A stretch of DNA of 64,000 nucleotides from a virus. This document shows, piece by piece, positions 39,086-49,287 of the stretch; positions within the stretch are counted from its first letter, which is position 1, and each line of letters starts with the position of its first letter. The notes beneath the pieces were generated by a model. It had not been told where the DNA came from, searched no databases, and saw only the letters and a list, made by a program, of their open reading frames with translations. The stretch covers positions 10,816 through 74,815 of the IMG/VR virus record IMGVR_UViG_3300038299_000097. One strand, 5' to 3'. The translations under genes and the position numbers were made by a program.

Positions 39086-40768
39086 ATGAGTAAGGATCTA
39101 ATCAAGGTAAGAAACCCATCAATTTACCATGGTGGTTCTGTTGTACCTCGCAACAGGACCCCATTTGAAATGGCTGATGATATTTTCTGTACTTACCGAA
39201 ATGCCACCACAACACCTTATCAGACATATTCACCATACAGCTCAACTACGTCAAACCTAAGCGATCTAGTAAATAAGGCTTCTATCAAGTGTGGTGAAGA
39301 TGGTGAATACGAGAGTCGGCACATATATAAATGCCATGAAGATATTCACGGCAATACATATCTCCTATTCAAGCATGATATAACCGCCTCAATAACTCAT
39401 AAGAGGAATTCACTAGGCACTCTACATGTTATAGGTGCTGACGGTATAGAGTTCGAAATTCTGTTCGGGACGCTGGTTATACCACAGGGCGAAACCGTGA
39501 AGGACGTACAAGTGTTTTATGATAAAGTTGTTATCATAACAGACACTAACATATGGCTAGGTGAGAGCGGTTCTAGAAACTTCTTCAGTATACCGTATGT
39601 ATCATATGTACAGACAACCTTCAAGGATGGGAATGTGTATATACTGCACGACCCAAAAACTGAAGATATATATGATATATCAAAGTTTGATGGTAATGAT
39701 ATAGTACCAGTAACAACCACACCGCTTAATGATATTATAACATCTTCAAGTATGACGGTTAAGGATAACCGTATAGAATTAATTTATATTAACACAGATT
39801 GTGGGTTTCTAACAACCAGCGAATACGACTTATTAGAAGATAAATGGAATGGGTTCCTACTCATGAACATGCATTATGAGATCATAGGTGTCCATGATGA
39901 TTCTAAAAAATGGTATGTATATTATGAAAGTAATACATTCCCTAATAGAGTTGGTGGTTTATGTATAGACTTTAACTTTGAAAAACCACCAGTGGTGGAT
40001 GGTTCAGAGTGTGGCACTACTGAAGATATAAGTATAATTTTTGATGAAATTGCTTTACCATGTCCAGATATTTCATGGGCACTTAGTTCTGTTAACACTA
40101 ACGACTGGGTGGAGCATAGTACACATGATATAGAGCTTAGAGTGCAAACTTCTGTGACCTGTCTTAGTGGTACTAATAATGATATTCAGCAGGGTATTGC
40201 ATTAGGAACTATAGAAGTTCCTGCGGGTCAGTATATCACTTTAGGATGGGAGCTTGAGGGGGTTGTAGAGACACAGGATACGGGATTTGATTTAGCATCT
40301 TATAGTGTCAATGGGGATGTCATTGCCCTTATAGAATCACAAGGTGATAGTGGTGAATGTGAACCATTTACGGTAATTAAGACGGGTACGACTATACTTC
40401 CAGAAGGTACAAATATTTTACAAGTTTTGTATGATACAGTTGATTACAAATACCATACTGAAGAATTCGGTGTAAGATTTACAATAACTTCATGTGGTGT
40501 ATTAGAAGAGGAACCAGACGTAACATCATATTATGTTTGTAGTAGTGGTTTAACTACAACAATAACAGGTAGTTTAAACATTGGACACTTCGAGGGGTAC
40601 TTCTACCTCTTTGGTGAACAGACGTTGATGACTCTCACATGGGATGGTAATGAATGGCAATTAGATACTAGTGGTGGTAGTTTTAGCGATCCAGTATCGT
40701 CCGACAGGAACGATCCGACAGGAACGACCCGACAGGGTCTGACGGTCAAGAAGGTCTCACAGTGGTAG
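39086..40768 (+). CDS. Putative virion protein, truncated by a frameshift near its 3' end
   Basis: TAATTA-N5-ATG; last residues are out of frame after a 14-bp duplication. Confidence 0.7.
   Translation: MSKDLIKVRNPSIYHGGSVVPRNRTPFEMADDIFCTYRNATTTPYQTYSPYSSTTSNLSDLVNKASIKCGEDGEYESRHIYKCHEDIHGNTYLLFKHDITASITHKRNSLGTLHVIGADGIEFEILFGTLVIPQGETVKDVQVFYDKVVIITDTNIWLGESGSRNFFSIPYVSYVQTTFKDGNVYILHDPKTEDIYDISKFDGNDIVPVTTTPLNDIITSSSMTVKDNRIELIYINTDCGFLTTSEYDLLEDKWNGFLLMNMHYEIIGVHDDSKKWYVYYESNTFPNRVGGLCIDFNFEKPPVVDGSECGTTEDISIIFDEIALPCPDISWALSSVNTNDWVEHSTHDIELRVQTSVTCLSGTNNDIQQGIALGTIEVPAGQYITLGWELEGVVETQDTGFDLASYSVNGDVIALIESQGDSGECEPFTVIKTGTTILPEGTNILQVLYDTVDYKYHTEEFGVRFTITSCGVLEEEPDVTSYYVCSSGLTTTITGSLNIGHFEGYFYLFGEQTLMTLTWDGNEWQLDTSGGSFSDPVSSDRNDPTGTTRQGLTVKKVSQW
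40700..40736. repeat. 14-bp tandem duplication
   Basis: tccgacaggaacga x2 followed by cccgacagg. Confidence 0.9.
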
Positions 40769-41421
40769 CTGATTCATTGGAGTGTATTAGTCCACCACTT
40801 ACAGGCTGTGCAGGATTTGATACAACCTCATACTTCATCAGCCCAGAGAACCCTATTAGTGGGGTAAATGATTTTTGTATAGAAGTAGTAGGTGATCACA
40901 CCACTGGTATATTTACCGATGGAGGTTTTTGGTCTATCGAATGGGATGGTGTAAGTGGATAGGTCATGTTAGATCCTGTAGCGGGTAGTGATATACCAGA
41001 CCCTCACGGTAATGAAAAGGGTGAATATTGTCCAGAGGGTATATATTCATTCTTACAGGCTAGTGGTAATAATAACAATAACCAAATTGTAACTTCGACA
41101 TGTCCATTCGATGTTAACATATAGGAATATAATGCAAATTTAACATGGTATGATATCAATGGTGATTTTGAATCATCAGAAGTTGTAACTATGACAGGGT
41201 CAACCCTAAACGGTGAATACTTCGGTGCCACAGCACTAGGTGATGATGTTTCACTATACTGGGATGGTAGTAAATGGATTGTTGAAATGATGATGCCTAC
41301 ACCACCATATACACCACTAGACGTTGGTTCAATTATTAGGAATGATGCATTGGGTAATTATACACCAAGTGCCCCCTCTGGTGCATTCCCTAGATGGGAG
41401 GCTGATATTGTATTACCTTAA
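40728..41421 (+). pseudogene. Disrupted C-terminal continuation of the 39086 gene
   Basis: One reading frame interrupted only by TAG at 40960 and 41122; repeats the WDG..W motif of the upstream ORF. Confidence 0.7.
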
Positions 41422-41987
41422 TCTAGTATGACATCGATACGCTCCAGTACACGTTTATATGTACTCGGAGCCGTATCAGTCTTTCTATTAGGGCTGATCA
41501 TCTGGTGTGTTATAATATCCCTCTTCTTAATACCAAACTTCTTCATGAGATACACACACTTGTGGGCGCATGAATCTATTTCTACATCACTAGCATGTCT
41601 CTTACGAGTATTACCCCAGAACGCGACACCTATGGAATGACTATTTAAACCATTAATACCATCCCACTTGGATACACCAGCGTGCCAAGCCTTTCTGGTA
41701 TTTCGAACAAACTGTGTTCTATTCCCGTCAGCATCTATAAGATAGTGGTAGCTAACCTTAGACACAGGGTCTTGAATCCACGATACACCGCCGATGTATG
41801 AACCTTCTGAGTCGTGGAGTACGATATACTTGGGGGTTATGCTGCCGCTCTGGTGAGGACTACGTTTGAATACTTCTTTATAAGGGTCAGATTTTGACAC
41901 AACAACTTTAGGCTTAGTAACAACAGGTGGTGTGGTCGATTTGCGGGTTTTGAACAGACCTTTGAATAGTTTTAGAAAAATGTTCAT
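41418..41987 (-). CDS. N-acetylmuramoyl-L-alanine amidase (Amidase_2), probable endolysin
   Basis: IVLHD, SYHYLI, AWHAG, NSHSIG, ITH and RKTD motifs. Confidence 0.9.
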   Translation of the reverse strand: MNIFLKLFKGLFKTRKSTTPPVVTKPKVVVSKSDPYKEVFKRSPHQSGSITPKYIVLHDSEGSYIGGVSWIQDPVSKVSYHYLIDADGNRTQFVRNTRKAWHAGVSKWDGINGLNSHSIGVAFWGNTRKRHASDVEIDSCAHKCVYLMKKFGIKKRDIITHQMISPNRKTDTAPSTYKRVLERIDVILD

Positions 41988-42046
41988 ATTAATAATTATA
42001 CATTAACCCTTGTAATTGTATAAACAGTGTGTATAATCATTGAACA

Positions 42047-42246
42047 TGATAGATGAAATAAGGAAATCAACGGTAAATGCTTATCAAAAGTTATGTCAAA
42101 GATTGAAAATACCCAACTGGCAGAAGGAGGTTTTCATGGGGAATGCTATGGAAATCCTAGTTAAGCTTGAGAAAAGAGTCGAAGAACTTGAGAAGGCTAA
42201 TAAGTCACTCAAAGAAGAACTCAACAATAAAAAAGATAAATCGTAA
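42047..42246 (+). CDS. Small coiled-coil protein (start approximate)
   Basis: ORF 42040..42246. Confidence 0.5.
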
Positions 42247-42247
42247 C

Positions 42248-43159
42248 ATGTCAGTATTAGATACACTATGGTTTGAGAAATACAGACCTAATAAATTAGA
42301 TGATCTCATTCTTGACCCAGAAGTCAAGAAGCGTATACAGAACTTCGTAGATGCTAAAGCCATCCCACATCTTCTATTGGTGGGTAGTGCAGGTATTGGT
42401 AAGACTAGTCTAGCCAAGATACTTATCGATGAGGTATTAAACTGTGAAGCACTAACTATCAATGCCTCGGATGAAGGGGGTATCGATACCATTCGTACCA
42501 AAGTGAAGGATTTTGCCAGTTGTGTATCCTTCGACGGTGGTCTTAAAGTCGTAGTATTTGGAGAGGCTGATGGCTTATCCAAAGCTGCACAAGATTCACT
42601 CAAGGAAATCATCGAGGATTGCTCGGGTACAACTCGTTTCATATTCACAGCCAATGATATATCTAAGTTGTCCGAGCCTATTGTCAGCCGTTGTCAGAGG
42701 TTTGATATTAAATTCTCTGAGAAGTCCTATGTTAAAGCTTGTGCAAATGTTCTCAAGACAGAGGGTGTGACGTTTGTACCAACGGATCTACTAAAATTGC
42801 TTCGATCATGTTATCCAGACTTTCGTCTAGCCATTGGCGAGATGCAGTCTAATGTTATCGATGGTGCGTTTGTATTACCAGATAAGGTCAATATCAGTTT
42901 TGCAGGGGAGTTGTGGGAAATGATCAAACAGAACCCACCAGAGGAGGTCAGAGCATTCTGTATTAACAATCCGTCTAAATTCAGTGATCATTGCTCATTA
43001 ATGATAGACCTTGTTAAACATGCATCAATACATTTCGATATATCAGAGACGAGAAAACTCGTCCTTATATTGAACGAGTTCCTTGTAAAAGACTCAGCGG
43101 TGGTTAACAAAGAGATTAACTTCTTCTGTTGTCTTATATCTATTTGTGAATTGTATTAA
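42248..43159 (+). CDS. Clamp loader large subunit (gp44/RFC-like)
   Basis: WFEKYRP, GSAGIGKTS, NASDEGGID, SRC and YPDFR motifs. Confidence 0.92.
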   Translation: MSVLDTLWFEKYRPNKLDDLILDPEVKKRIQNFVDAKAIPHLLLVGSAGIGKTSLAKILIDEVLNCEALTINASDEGGIDTIRTKVKDFASCVSFDGGLKVVVFGEADGLSKAAQDSLKEIIEDCSGTTRFIFTANDISKLSEPIVSRCQRFDIKFSEKSYVKACANVLKTEGVTFVPTDLLKLLRSCYPDFRLAIGEMQSNVIDGAFVLPDKVNISFAGELWEMIKQNPPEEVRAFCINNPSKFSDHCSLMIDLVKHASIHFDISETRKLVLILNEFLVKDSAVVNKEINFFCCLISICELY

Positions 43160-43561
43160 CTATTTATTCTCGGCCTTCAAAGGTTCTGGCTCACCGTTGC
43201 GATCACTCTTATTAGTGTGCTTCCATGAGTCAGGAATCGAAGGTGGTTGGGCATATCCTATAACTTTAAGATGTTTAACTGGTACAGTGATTTTGCGTGG
43301 GTATAGACCACTAGCCATTTCCTGCCCAATGACAACTGAAAACGTATTAGGTTGATTGCGACCATCTTCAGCAGTAGAACTAACAACTTCAAGAACTTTA
43401 ATATTTAGATCATCAGCCTTGAATTCTTCAAGTTCTTTGATATAATCTTCAGTAGCACCATCAACCTTAGTATCAAGAATTTTAACATAGTCTTGGATTT
43501 GGATACCACCAAAGTTAAATCTGTCTAGTGTGTGTTCGAACAATGCTTGGAAATGCTTCAT
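43160..43561 (-). CDS. Hypothetical late protein
   Basis: TAATTA-N5-ATG. Confidence 0.65.
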   Translation of the reverse strand: MKHFQALFEHTLDRFNFGGIQIQDYVKILDTKVDGATEDYIKELEEFKADDLNIKVLEVVSSTAEDGRNQPNTFSVVIGQEMASGLYPRKITVPVKHLKVIGYAQPPSIPDSWKHTNKSDRNGEPEPLKAENK

Positions 43562-43620
43562 ACTACTAATTATATTACCAGTTGACTATTATAAACAAAA
43601 ACACTATTTAAAATTACATT

Positions 43621-45024
43621 ATGTATAAACCGAAAAAGACGATCACACCAAAGAGTGGGTCAAAAACAGAGACGATCCTCAAATTCCTATTAGGAACGGG
43701 TGGAAACGCAGACTATAAGTCATACATCGAAATTGCTGATACCATCACCGATGCCACAGGTGTTGTTATCAACCGAAGAGTAGTATGTAATGCCGTATTG
43801 CGATACAACGAAGGATTATTCATTGTAGATGGTAAGACCGTCGAAGACACTGGTAAGCTTTCACCTCTTGATAAGAAACCCAAAGCTTCTCAAGATCTAA
43901 ACACTTCATATGGGTGTACAGACTCTGTTAGTAATATTGAACATGATGAGTCTATTGATGTTGTGATCGATGAAGAATCATCCAACCCAGAAGATGTTAA
44001 AACCTTCAAACAGATTTGTATCGAAGAGGGTATTGACCCAGCAGATGCGGCGGGTGGTTGGGTTAAGACTAAGAATCTATCGGTTCGTATCAAAACCAAG
44101 GAAGATACCTCAGATGAATTGGGTAAGTTGTTAGATGCAGCCGAGGAACTTATCAATAAGGATTTCTGGCACGTTGCACCGAGGTTGAAAGCGAAGGGTA
44201 GTAATATTGGTGTGGTGCATATTAGTGACCTACATTTGGGTGCATGGGTTAAGGGGTTGGTCAAGACACCCGACTATGATTTGAACATCCTTAAGAATAA
44301 ACTATTGGATGCAGTTGATACTGTTAATGCAATGGGGTACGCAGAAGTACATGTTAATTGTTATGGTGATCTCATTGAGGGGTTTGGTTCAAATCACCCC
44401 AACTCTTGGAAAGAGATGGAAAATGGAATTCATGGTGTCGAGGCTATTAAGTTGGTACACCAAGTGTTCACTGAGTTCTTCCTTGATCGTATCAACAACA
44501 TCGCCAAAGTTAATATGGTTGGTGGAAATCATGATAGAACCACCGAAAACAATAAGGAGGACACGAAGGGTGGTGTAGCAGATCTTGTGGCTGCTATGTT
44601 GCGCCTCAGTGGTTATGACGTTACATTCTCTCCACTAGTGGTACCTGTAGAAATTGATGGTATTATGTATATCATGCTACATGGTGATAAGGGCGTGTCT
44701 AAGCGTTCTACCTCTGATATCATCTGTAGTTATGGTAAGCTTAAGAAGCCTGTTATCGAACATGGTAAGATCGTTGAGAAGAAGATGTTTAACTTCGTGT
44801 TAGAGGGTCATCTCCACTCACGCATCCAGCGAATGAGTGCTGGTGCTATCGATAAGTTTAAGATCGTCACTGATGATTCTATTGATATGCGTAGACAGGT
44901 TCTACCATCCATCTTCACAGGTAACAGCTACTCTGAGGATAACAATTGGTTCTCAAACAGTGGTATTGTAATCACACATAATAACGGACGTGGTGTCCCT
45001 TGTGTACTAGACCTCCCAATATAA
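43621..45024 (+). CDS. Calcineurin-like metallophosphoesterase with N-terminal extension
   Basis: SDLH, GDLIEG, GNHDR, HGD and GHLH motifs. Confidence 0.85.
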   Translation: MYKPKKTITPKSGSKTETILKFLLGTGGNADYKSYIEIADTITDATGVVINRRVVCNAVLRYNEGLFIVDGKTVEDTGKLSPLDKKPKASQDLNTSYGCTDSVSNIEHDESIDVVIDEESSNPEDVKTFKQICIEEGIDPADAAGGWVKTKNLSVRIKTKEDTSDELGKLLDAAEELINKDFWHVAPRLKAKGSNIGVVHISDLHLGAWVKGLVKTPDYDLNILKNKLLDAVDTVNAMGYAEVHVNCYGDLIEGFGSNHPNSWKEMENGIHGVEAIKLVHQVFTEFFLDRINNIAKVNMVGGNHDRTTENNKEDTKGGVADLVAAMLRLSGYDVTFSPLVVPVEIDGIMYIMLHGDKGVSKRSTSDIICSYGKLKKPVIEHGKIVEKKMFNFVLEGHLHSRIQRMSAGAIDKFKIVTDDSIDMRRQVLPSIFTGNSYSEDNNWFSNSGIVITHNNGRGVPCVLDLPI

Positions 45025-45094
45025 TATTCATAATTATTTTAACCAACCATCCAGAATTTAGTTGTTTTGTGTGGTTGGTTACATAATTAATTAT

Positions 45095-46177
45095 ATGTCT
45101 AAAAGAAAAACTAGAGAAGAATGGGTTGATAGGTTTGTTGAAATACATGGTAGTAAATATGATTATTCAAAGGCTGAGTTTAAGACTGCGGTTGATAAAA
45201 TATCTATAGGTTGTTGTGTTCATGGGAACTTTACCCAAACCCCCCATGACCATGCGAGAGGTAGGGGTTGTAAGTTATGTGGTTATACCAAATCTATTAG
45301 TGATTGGTTGGATGATTTCAAAATGGTACACGGTGATTTGTATGATTACACAAATTCCGAGTTTAAAGGGTTTCGCGTTAAAATAAGTATAGGTTGTAGT
45401 AAACACGGTATATTCAAACAAAGTCCTAATGCCCATAAAAGTGGTAAAGGGTGTCCAAAATGTTCGATAAAAATTTCAGATGATTGGTTGGATGATTTCA
45501 AAATGGTACACGGTGATTTGTATGATTACACAAATTCCGAGTTTAAAGGGGGTCGCGTCAAAATAAGTATAGGTTGTAATAAACACGGTATATTCAAACA
45601 GACACCCACATCTCATAGAGGGGGTAATGGGTGTCCTACATGTAGTCATATTACTAGAACGGCAGTACTTACAAAACCTCACGCCATATACTTATTAGAA
45701 TTTGTTGAAATTCATGGTGATTTATATGATTATAAAAATTCTGATATAACAAGTAGCCACAATCCAATATCTATAAGTTGTTCTAAGCATGGTGTTTTCC
45801 TGCAAAGCCCCCACAATCATAAAAAAGGGCACGGGTGTCCTACTTGTAGATCAAGTAAGGGGGAGAAAATAGTTAGGGGTATATTGGGTGATAACAATAT
45901 CAAGTTTGTCGAACAGAAACGGTTTGATGGTTGTGTTAATAGGAAGTGTTTACCATTTGATTTCTACACAGAGTGTGGTAAACTTATAGAATATCAAGGA
46001 AAACAACACAGGGAATCTGTTAAACACTTTGGTGGGCTGGATCAACTTAAGAAACAACAGCGTAATGACGCTATTAAGAGAGAATACTGTAAAACTAACA
46101 ACATACCATTACTGGAGGTGTGGTTTGATGATAAAGATCCAGAACAAACAATTAAAGATTTTCTAAACAATAATTAA
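45095..46177 (+). CDS. Putative homing endonuclease (DUF723-like Zn repeats plus PD-(D/E)xK-like domain)
   Basis: Four HG..YDY...C..HG.F.Q.P..H..G.GC..C repeats; LPFDFY..IEYQG.QH...ND..K..YC. Confidence 0.8.
   Translation: MSKRKTREEWVDRFVEIHGSKYDYSKAEFKTAVDKISIGCCVHGNFTQTPHDHARGRGCKLCGYTKSISDWLDDFKMVHGDLYDYTNSEFKGFRVKISIGCSKHGIFKQSPNAHKSGKGCPKCSIKISDDWLDDFKMVHGDLYDYTNSEFKGGRVKISIGCNKHGIFKQTPTSHRGGNGCPTCSHITRTAVLTKPHAIYLLEFVEIHGDLYDYKNSDITSSHNPISISCSKHGVFLQSPHNHKKGHGCPTCRSSKGEKIVRGILGDNNIKFVEQKRFDGCVNRKCLPFDFYTECGKLIEYQGKQHRESVKHFGGLDQLKKQQRNDAIKREYCKTNNIPLLEVWFDDKDPEQTIKDFLNNN
45300..45600. repeat. Near-identical 120-bp direct repeat, period 180 bp
   Basis: 45301-45420 versus 45481-45600 differ at only a few positions. 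Confidence 0.9.
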
Positions 46178-46178
46178 T

Positions 46179-46589
46179 ATGAAACTAAAAGAATGGGCAC
46201 GACAAGAAGGTGTCAATTACAGAACAGCAGTCGATTGGTTCCATGCAGGTAGGCTACCTGTTAGGGCTACACAGTCTATATCGGGTACTATCACCATAGA
46301 CCCACCAACAGCATACATTTATGCTAGGGTTGATAACGAGGATCAAGATATACAACACCAAATAGATACAGTTGATGTATTCTGCAAGGTTAATAAATGG
46401 GATTATAACCTTGTCATAGAGGATGTAGCTCCCAATACAGACGAATCCAGAGCGGGGCTTGATAAACTACTATCACTGAAAGATGCTAGGGTGGTGGTTC
46501 TCAAAGGGGAAGTATTAGCACACAGTGGTGTAACGTACATTGAAAAGTGTATTACCAATAATGGTGGACAATTGATAATAATGGGGTAA
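46179..46589 (+). CDS. IS607 TnpA-like HTH plus degenerate serine resolvase
   Basis: MKLKEWA..GVNYRTA..WF.AG.LP HTH; YARVD in place of YARVS. Confidence 0.75.
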   Translation: MKLKEWARQEGVNYRTAVDWFHAGRLPVRATQSISGTITIDPPTAYIYARVDNEDQDIQHQIDTVDVFCKVNKWDYNLVIEDVAPNTDESRAGLDKLLSLKDARVVVLKGEVLAHSGVTYIEKCITNNGGQLIIMG

Positions 46590-46598
46590 TATAGTATT

Positions 46599-46847
46599 AT
46601 GGATAAAAAATTAAAAGGTGCTTGGATGACTAATAACCCCAAATCCCTATTGTCATGGTATCCTAGACGGGCAGTATTGCTCCGCGAGGGTTCTCCCAAG
46701 GCAACCAGTGAATACACCGTAGAGGAATTCAAGGCTATGGGTATGGTAGGAATATACCTAGACGAAGATGTGGAAGATCTTAGTAGCATGAAAATGTGTA
46801 CTAACAGGAATGAGTATATGAAGAATTTAAGAGAAAGAGGATTATGA
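46599..46847 (+). CDS. Hypothetical protein
   Basis: ORF coupled to the next gene. Confidence 0.5.
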   Translation: MDKKLKGAWMTNNPKSLLSWYPRRAVLLREGSPKATSEYTVEEFKAMGMVGIYLDEDVEDLSSMKMCTNRNEYMKNLRERGL

Positions 46848-47452
46848 GTAAATTTATGGAAAGTATAAAAAAGGTTGAGGACACCACTAGTGGTTATACT
46901 CAAGAAATGTCGGATTGGTCTGAAGCCAGAACAAGTAAACACATTGGTTTTGTTAGAGGGTTTATTGATAAACTCCCCGACATGATACCTAGTGAGAAGG
47001 AAGATCGAAAGCGAAATCACGACCAATCCAAGTTTAAGTCACCAGAGTACGAACCGTATATTTGGATAAATTGGAAGTATAAGTGCCTCGATGACGGGGT
47101 TAATTTCGACGACTACAACCCACCAAGTGATTTAGCCGACCAGATGAACACCGCGACTCATCATCATATTACTAACAATACTCACCACCCCGAGTATCAT
47201 TCACCAGATCAAACCGATCTACTCAATCGTGATGATCGTGATAAACCACCCGAGAAAATGGTTGATGCTACGGCAATGCCAGATGGTGACATCATGGAAA
47301 TGTGTTGTGACTGGGCTGGTATGAGTCAAGAGCGTGGTGGTGATCCAAGTGATTGGGCTAAGAAGAATGTGAATGTCAGATGGAAATTTGATAAGGAACA
47401 GGAGGCTTTGATCTACTCCACTTTGGATGCAATTTGGGAAACTGAAAAATAA
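46844..47452 (+). CDS. HD-like (DUF5662-type) protein
   Basis: HDQSKF..E, HH..NN.HHPEY and EM.CDW motifs. Confidence 0.7.
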   Translation: MSKFMESIKKVEDTTSGYTQEMSDWSEARTSKHIGFVRGFIDKLPDMIPSEKEDRKRNHDQSKFKSPEYEPYIWINWKYKCLDDGVNFDDYNPPSDLADQMNTATHHHITNNTHHPEYHSPDQTDLLNRDDRDKPPEKMVDATAMPDGDIMEMCCDWAGMSQERGGDPSDWAKKNVNVRWKFDKEQEALIYSTLDAIWETEK

Positions 47453-47499
47453 ATGCAATTAGATGTTGACTTACCCCTGTGTTTAGTTACAACAGGGGC

Positions 47500-48780
47500 A
47501 TGACAACGAACGCCAACACAATCACAATCGCTCTCAGCTCCCTCACTTCACTTGAGTCAGCAGTAGCCAAGCTCAACCGCAGAGCTACCAAGCTCGGTTT
47601 CGAGCAGGTAGTTGCTGAGGCGGGTACACCATTCCTTAAGTACTTCAAGGAAGTTTCCCACAGAGGCTTTGGTGAGATCACTACAAAACACGTAGAGATC
47701 ACCAAGGAAGCTTACGGCGAACTTAGTAGTGCTCGTACACACTCTTGGACTGTAGAAGCTGTTGAAGTTACATTCAACGATGTTTCACACGGTTTTGAAG
47801 GTCACCGCATCGTAGGTCTCACTGAGGACATCGACGGTATCCACACTCTCAACACTTTTGACGAGTCCTTCGACCTCACTGACGAGCGTGGTACTTGTAA
47901 GTGTGACCACTGTGGTGTTAACCGCAGCCGTAACAAGGTGTTCTTCGTAGCTAAGACCGATTCTACTGACATCATTCGCCTCGGTTCCACTTGTGTATCA
48001 AACTACTTCGTCAATGAAGACGTAGCAGGTAACGCACTCGCTAAATTCAAATTCCTTGAAGAGGTGCTCAACATCACTAACGGTTACGATGAAGATGAGC
48101 AGTGGGGTGAAGGTGGTGCTGCTACCACTCACTACGATGTGAAGGGTCTCCTTAAGTGGACAGTGTTCACTACAGCAATCACTGGTTACGTTTCGGTAGC
48201 TAAGTCCCGTGAAGATGAGTCTAAGACCTCTACTAAGGATGCGGTTCTCAACAACATCAATGATGAGAAGGTGAAGTTGGAGCTTACTGAAGCACAGGAG
48301 AAGCAAGCTGAAGACCTCTACCAGTGGGCTAAGGACTTCACACCTAGTTCTGAAACTTCTGAGTACTTCGACACTGTACAGCAGATCATCGAAGCCGACT
48401 ACTGCCCTTCTAAGCTCGTAGGATACATCATCGGTGTATACGGGTGGTGGAATGCTGCCAACAACAAGCGCATCGCTAAGGAGGCTAATAACTCCCAGCA
48501 CGTAGGTGTAATCGGAGAGCGTCAAGAGTTCACAGGTGTAGTCAAGAGTGTTAAGTCTTTCGAAGGTGCATATGGCACTGGGTACATCACAAATGTTACA
48601 TGTGGGGAAGATACAGTAATCTACTTCAACCTCCTCAAGCCTCGTGGTACATTCGACGCAGCAGTTGAAGGTGATACAGTGAACTTCTTCGCAGCAGTTA
48701 AGGAGCACGGTGAGTTCAACGGTGTAGCCCAGACCACTATCTCCCGAGCTTCTAAGGTGAAGATCACCAAAGTTGCATAG
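47500..48780 (+). CDS. Early protein with Zn-ribbon and C-terminal OB-like domain
   Basis: CDHC..R.R...GSTC; VGVIGER...VKEH.EF.G..QT; TTGACT-type promoter directly upstream. Confidence 0.7.
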   Translation: MTTNANTITIALSSLTSLESAVAKLNRRATKLGFEQVVAEAGTPFLKYFKEVSHRGFGEITTKHVEITKEAYGELSSARTHSWTVEAVEVTFNDVSHGFEGHRIVGLTEDIDGIHTLNTFDESFDLTDERGTCKCDHCGVNRSRNKVFFVAKTDSTDIIRLGSTCVSNYFVNEDVAGNALAKFKFLEEVLNITNGYDEDEQWGEGGAATTHYDVKGLLKWTVFTTAITGYVSVAKSREDESKTSTKDAVLNNINDEKVKLELTEAQEKQAEDLYQWAKDFTPSSETSEYFDTVQQIIEADYCPSKLVGYIIGVYGWWNAANNKRIAKEANNSQHVGVIGERQEFTGVVKSVKSFEGAYGTGYITNVTCGEDTVIYFNLLKPRGTFDAAVEGDTVNFFAAVKEHGEFNGVAQTTISRASKVKITKVA

Positions 48781-48827
48781 GTTTTAAAACCCGTGGTGCC
48801 ATTTAATGCTCATGCCTAATTAAGGGT

Positions 48828-49283
48828 ATGAGCATTATTATTAAGGATCTAAACACCAAGACCGACCAGAGTAATAACTATCTATATAAGGACATAGACT
48901 TGTTTCAGATAGAAGGTACCAAAGGTAAACTGGCGGTAACAGATTTCGATGCTGTAAGAGCTTCAATGAATAATCTATTCCTTATAAAGAGGGGTACTAG
49001 AATTCTTGACCCTACATTCGGCTCAAATTTGGATGTATACCTCTTTGAACAACTTAATGAGACCAACGCAGGGTTTTTAGCCGATGACGTTGAGGAGATA
49101 CTGACACAAGAGCCTAGGATCATGGTTGAGAGTATCGACGTGGTCGTAGATGAGGTTAATAATCAATATGTTGTAGGTGTTAAATTCTATGTACCAGAAC
49201 TTTCTAAAGAATCACTCGATTTAAGTTTTGTACTCAGTAAAGATGGTGGTGTGGTGATAGGCAGTGATAAGATCAATAATTAA
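48828..49283 (+). CDS. Baseplate wedge protein (gp25-like)
   Basis: AVRASMNNLF...G.R.LDPTFGS.L..YLFE...EPRI. Confidence 0.88.
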   Translation: MSIIIKDLNTKTDQSNNYLYKDIDLFQIEGTKGKLAVTDFDAVRASMNNLFLIKRGTRILDPTFGSNLDVYLFEQLNETNAGFLADDVEEILTQEPRIMVESIDVVVDEVNNQYVVGVKFYVPELSKESLDLSFVLSKDGGVVIGSDKINN

Positions 49284-49287
49284 AACT

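Noticed and set aside
45300-45600. DGR template/variable repeat pair
   Set aside because: Both copies are in-frame domains of one gene, differences are few and not confined to adenines, and no reverse transcriptase is in the window
46179-46589. Active IS607 element
   Set aside because: Catalytic serine absent, no tnpB and no recognisable ends
47998-48708. 236-aa minus-strand ORF
   Set aside because: Antisense shadow produced by the biased codon usage of the 47500 gene
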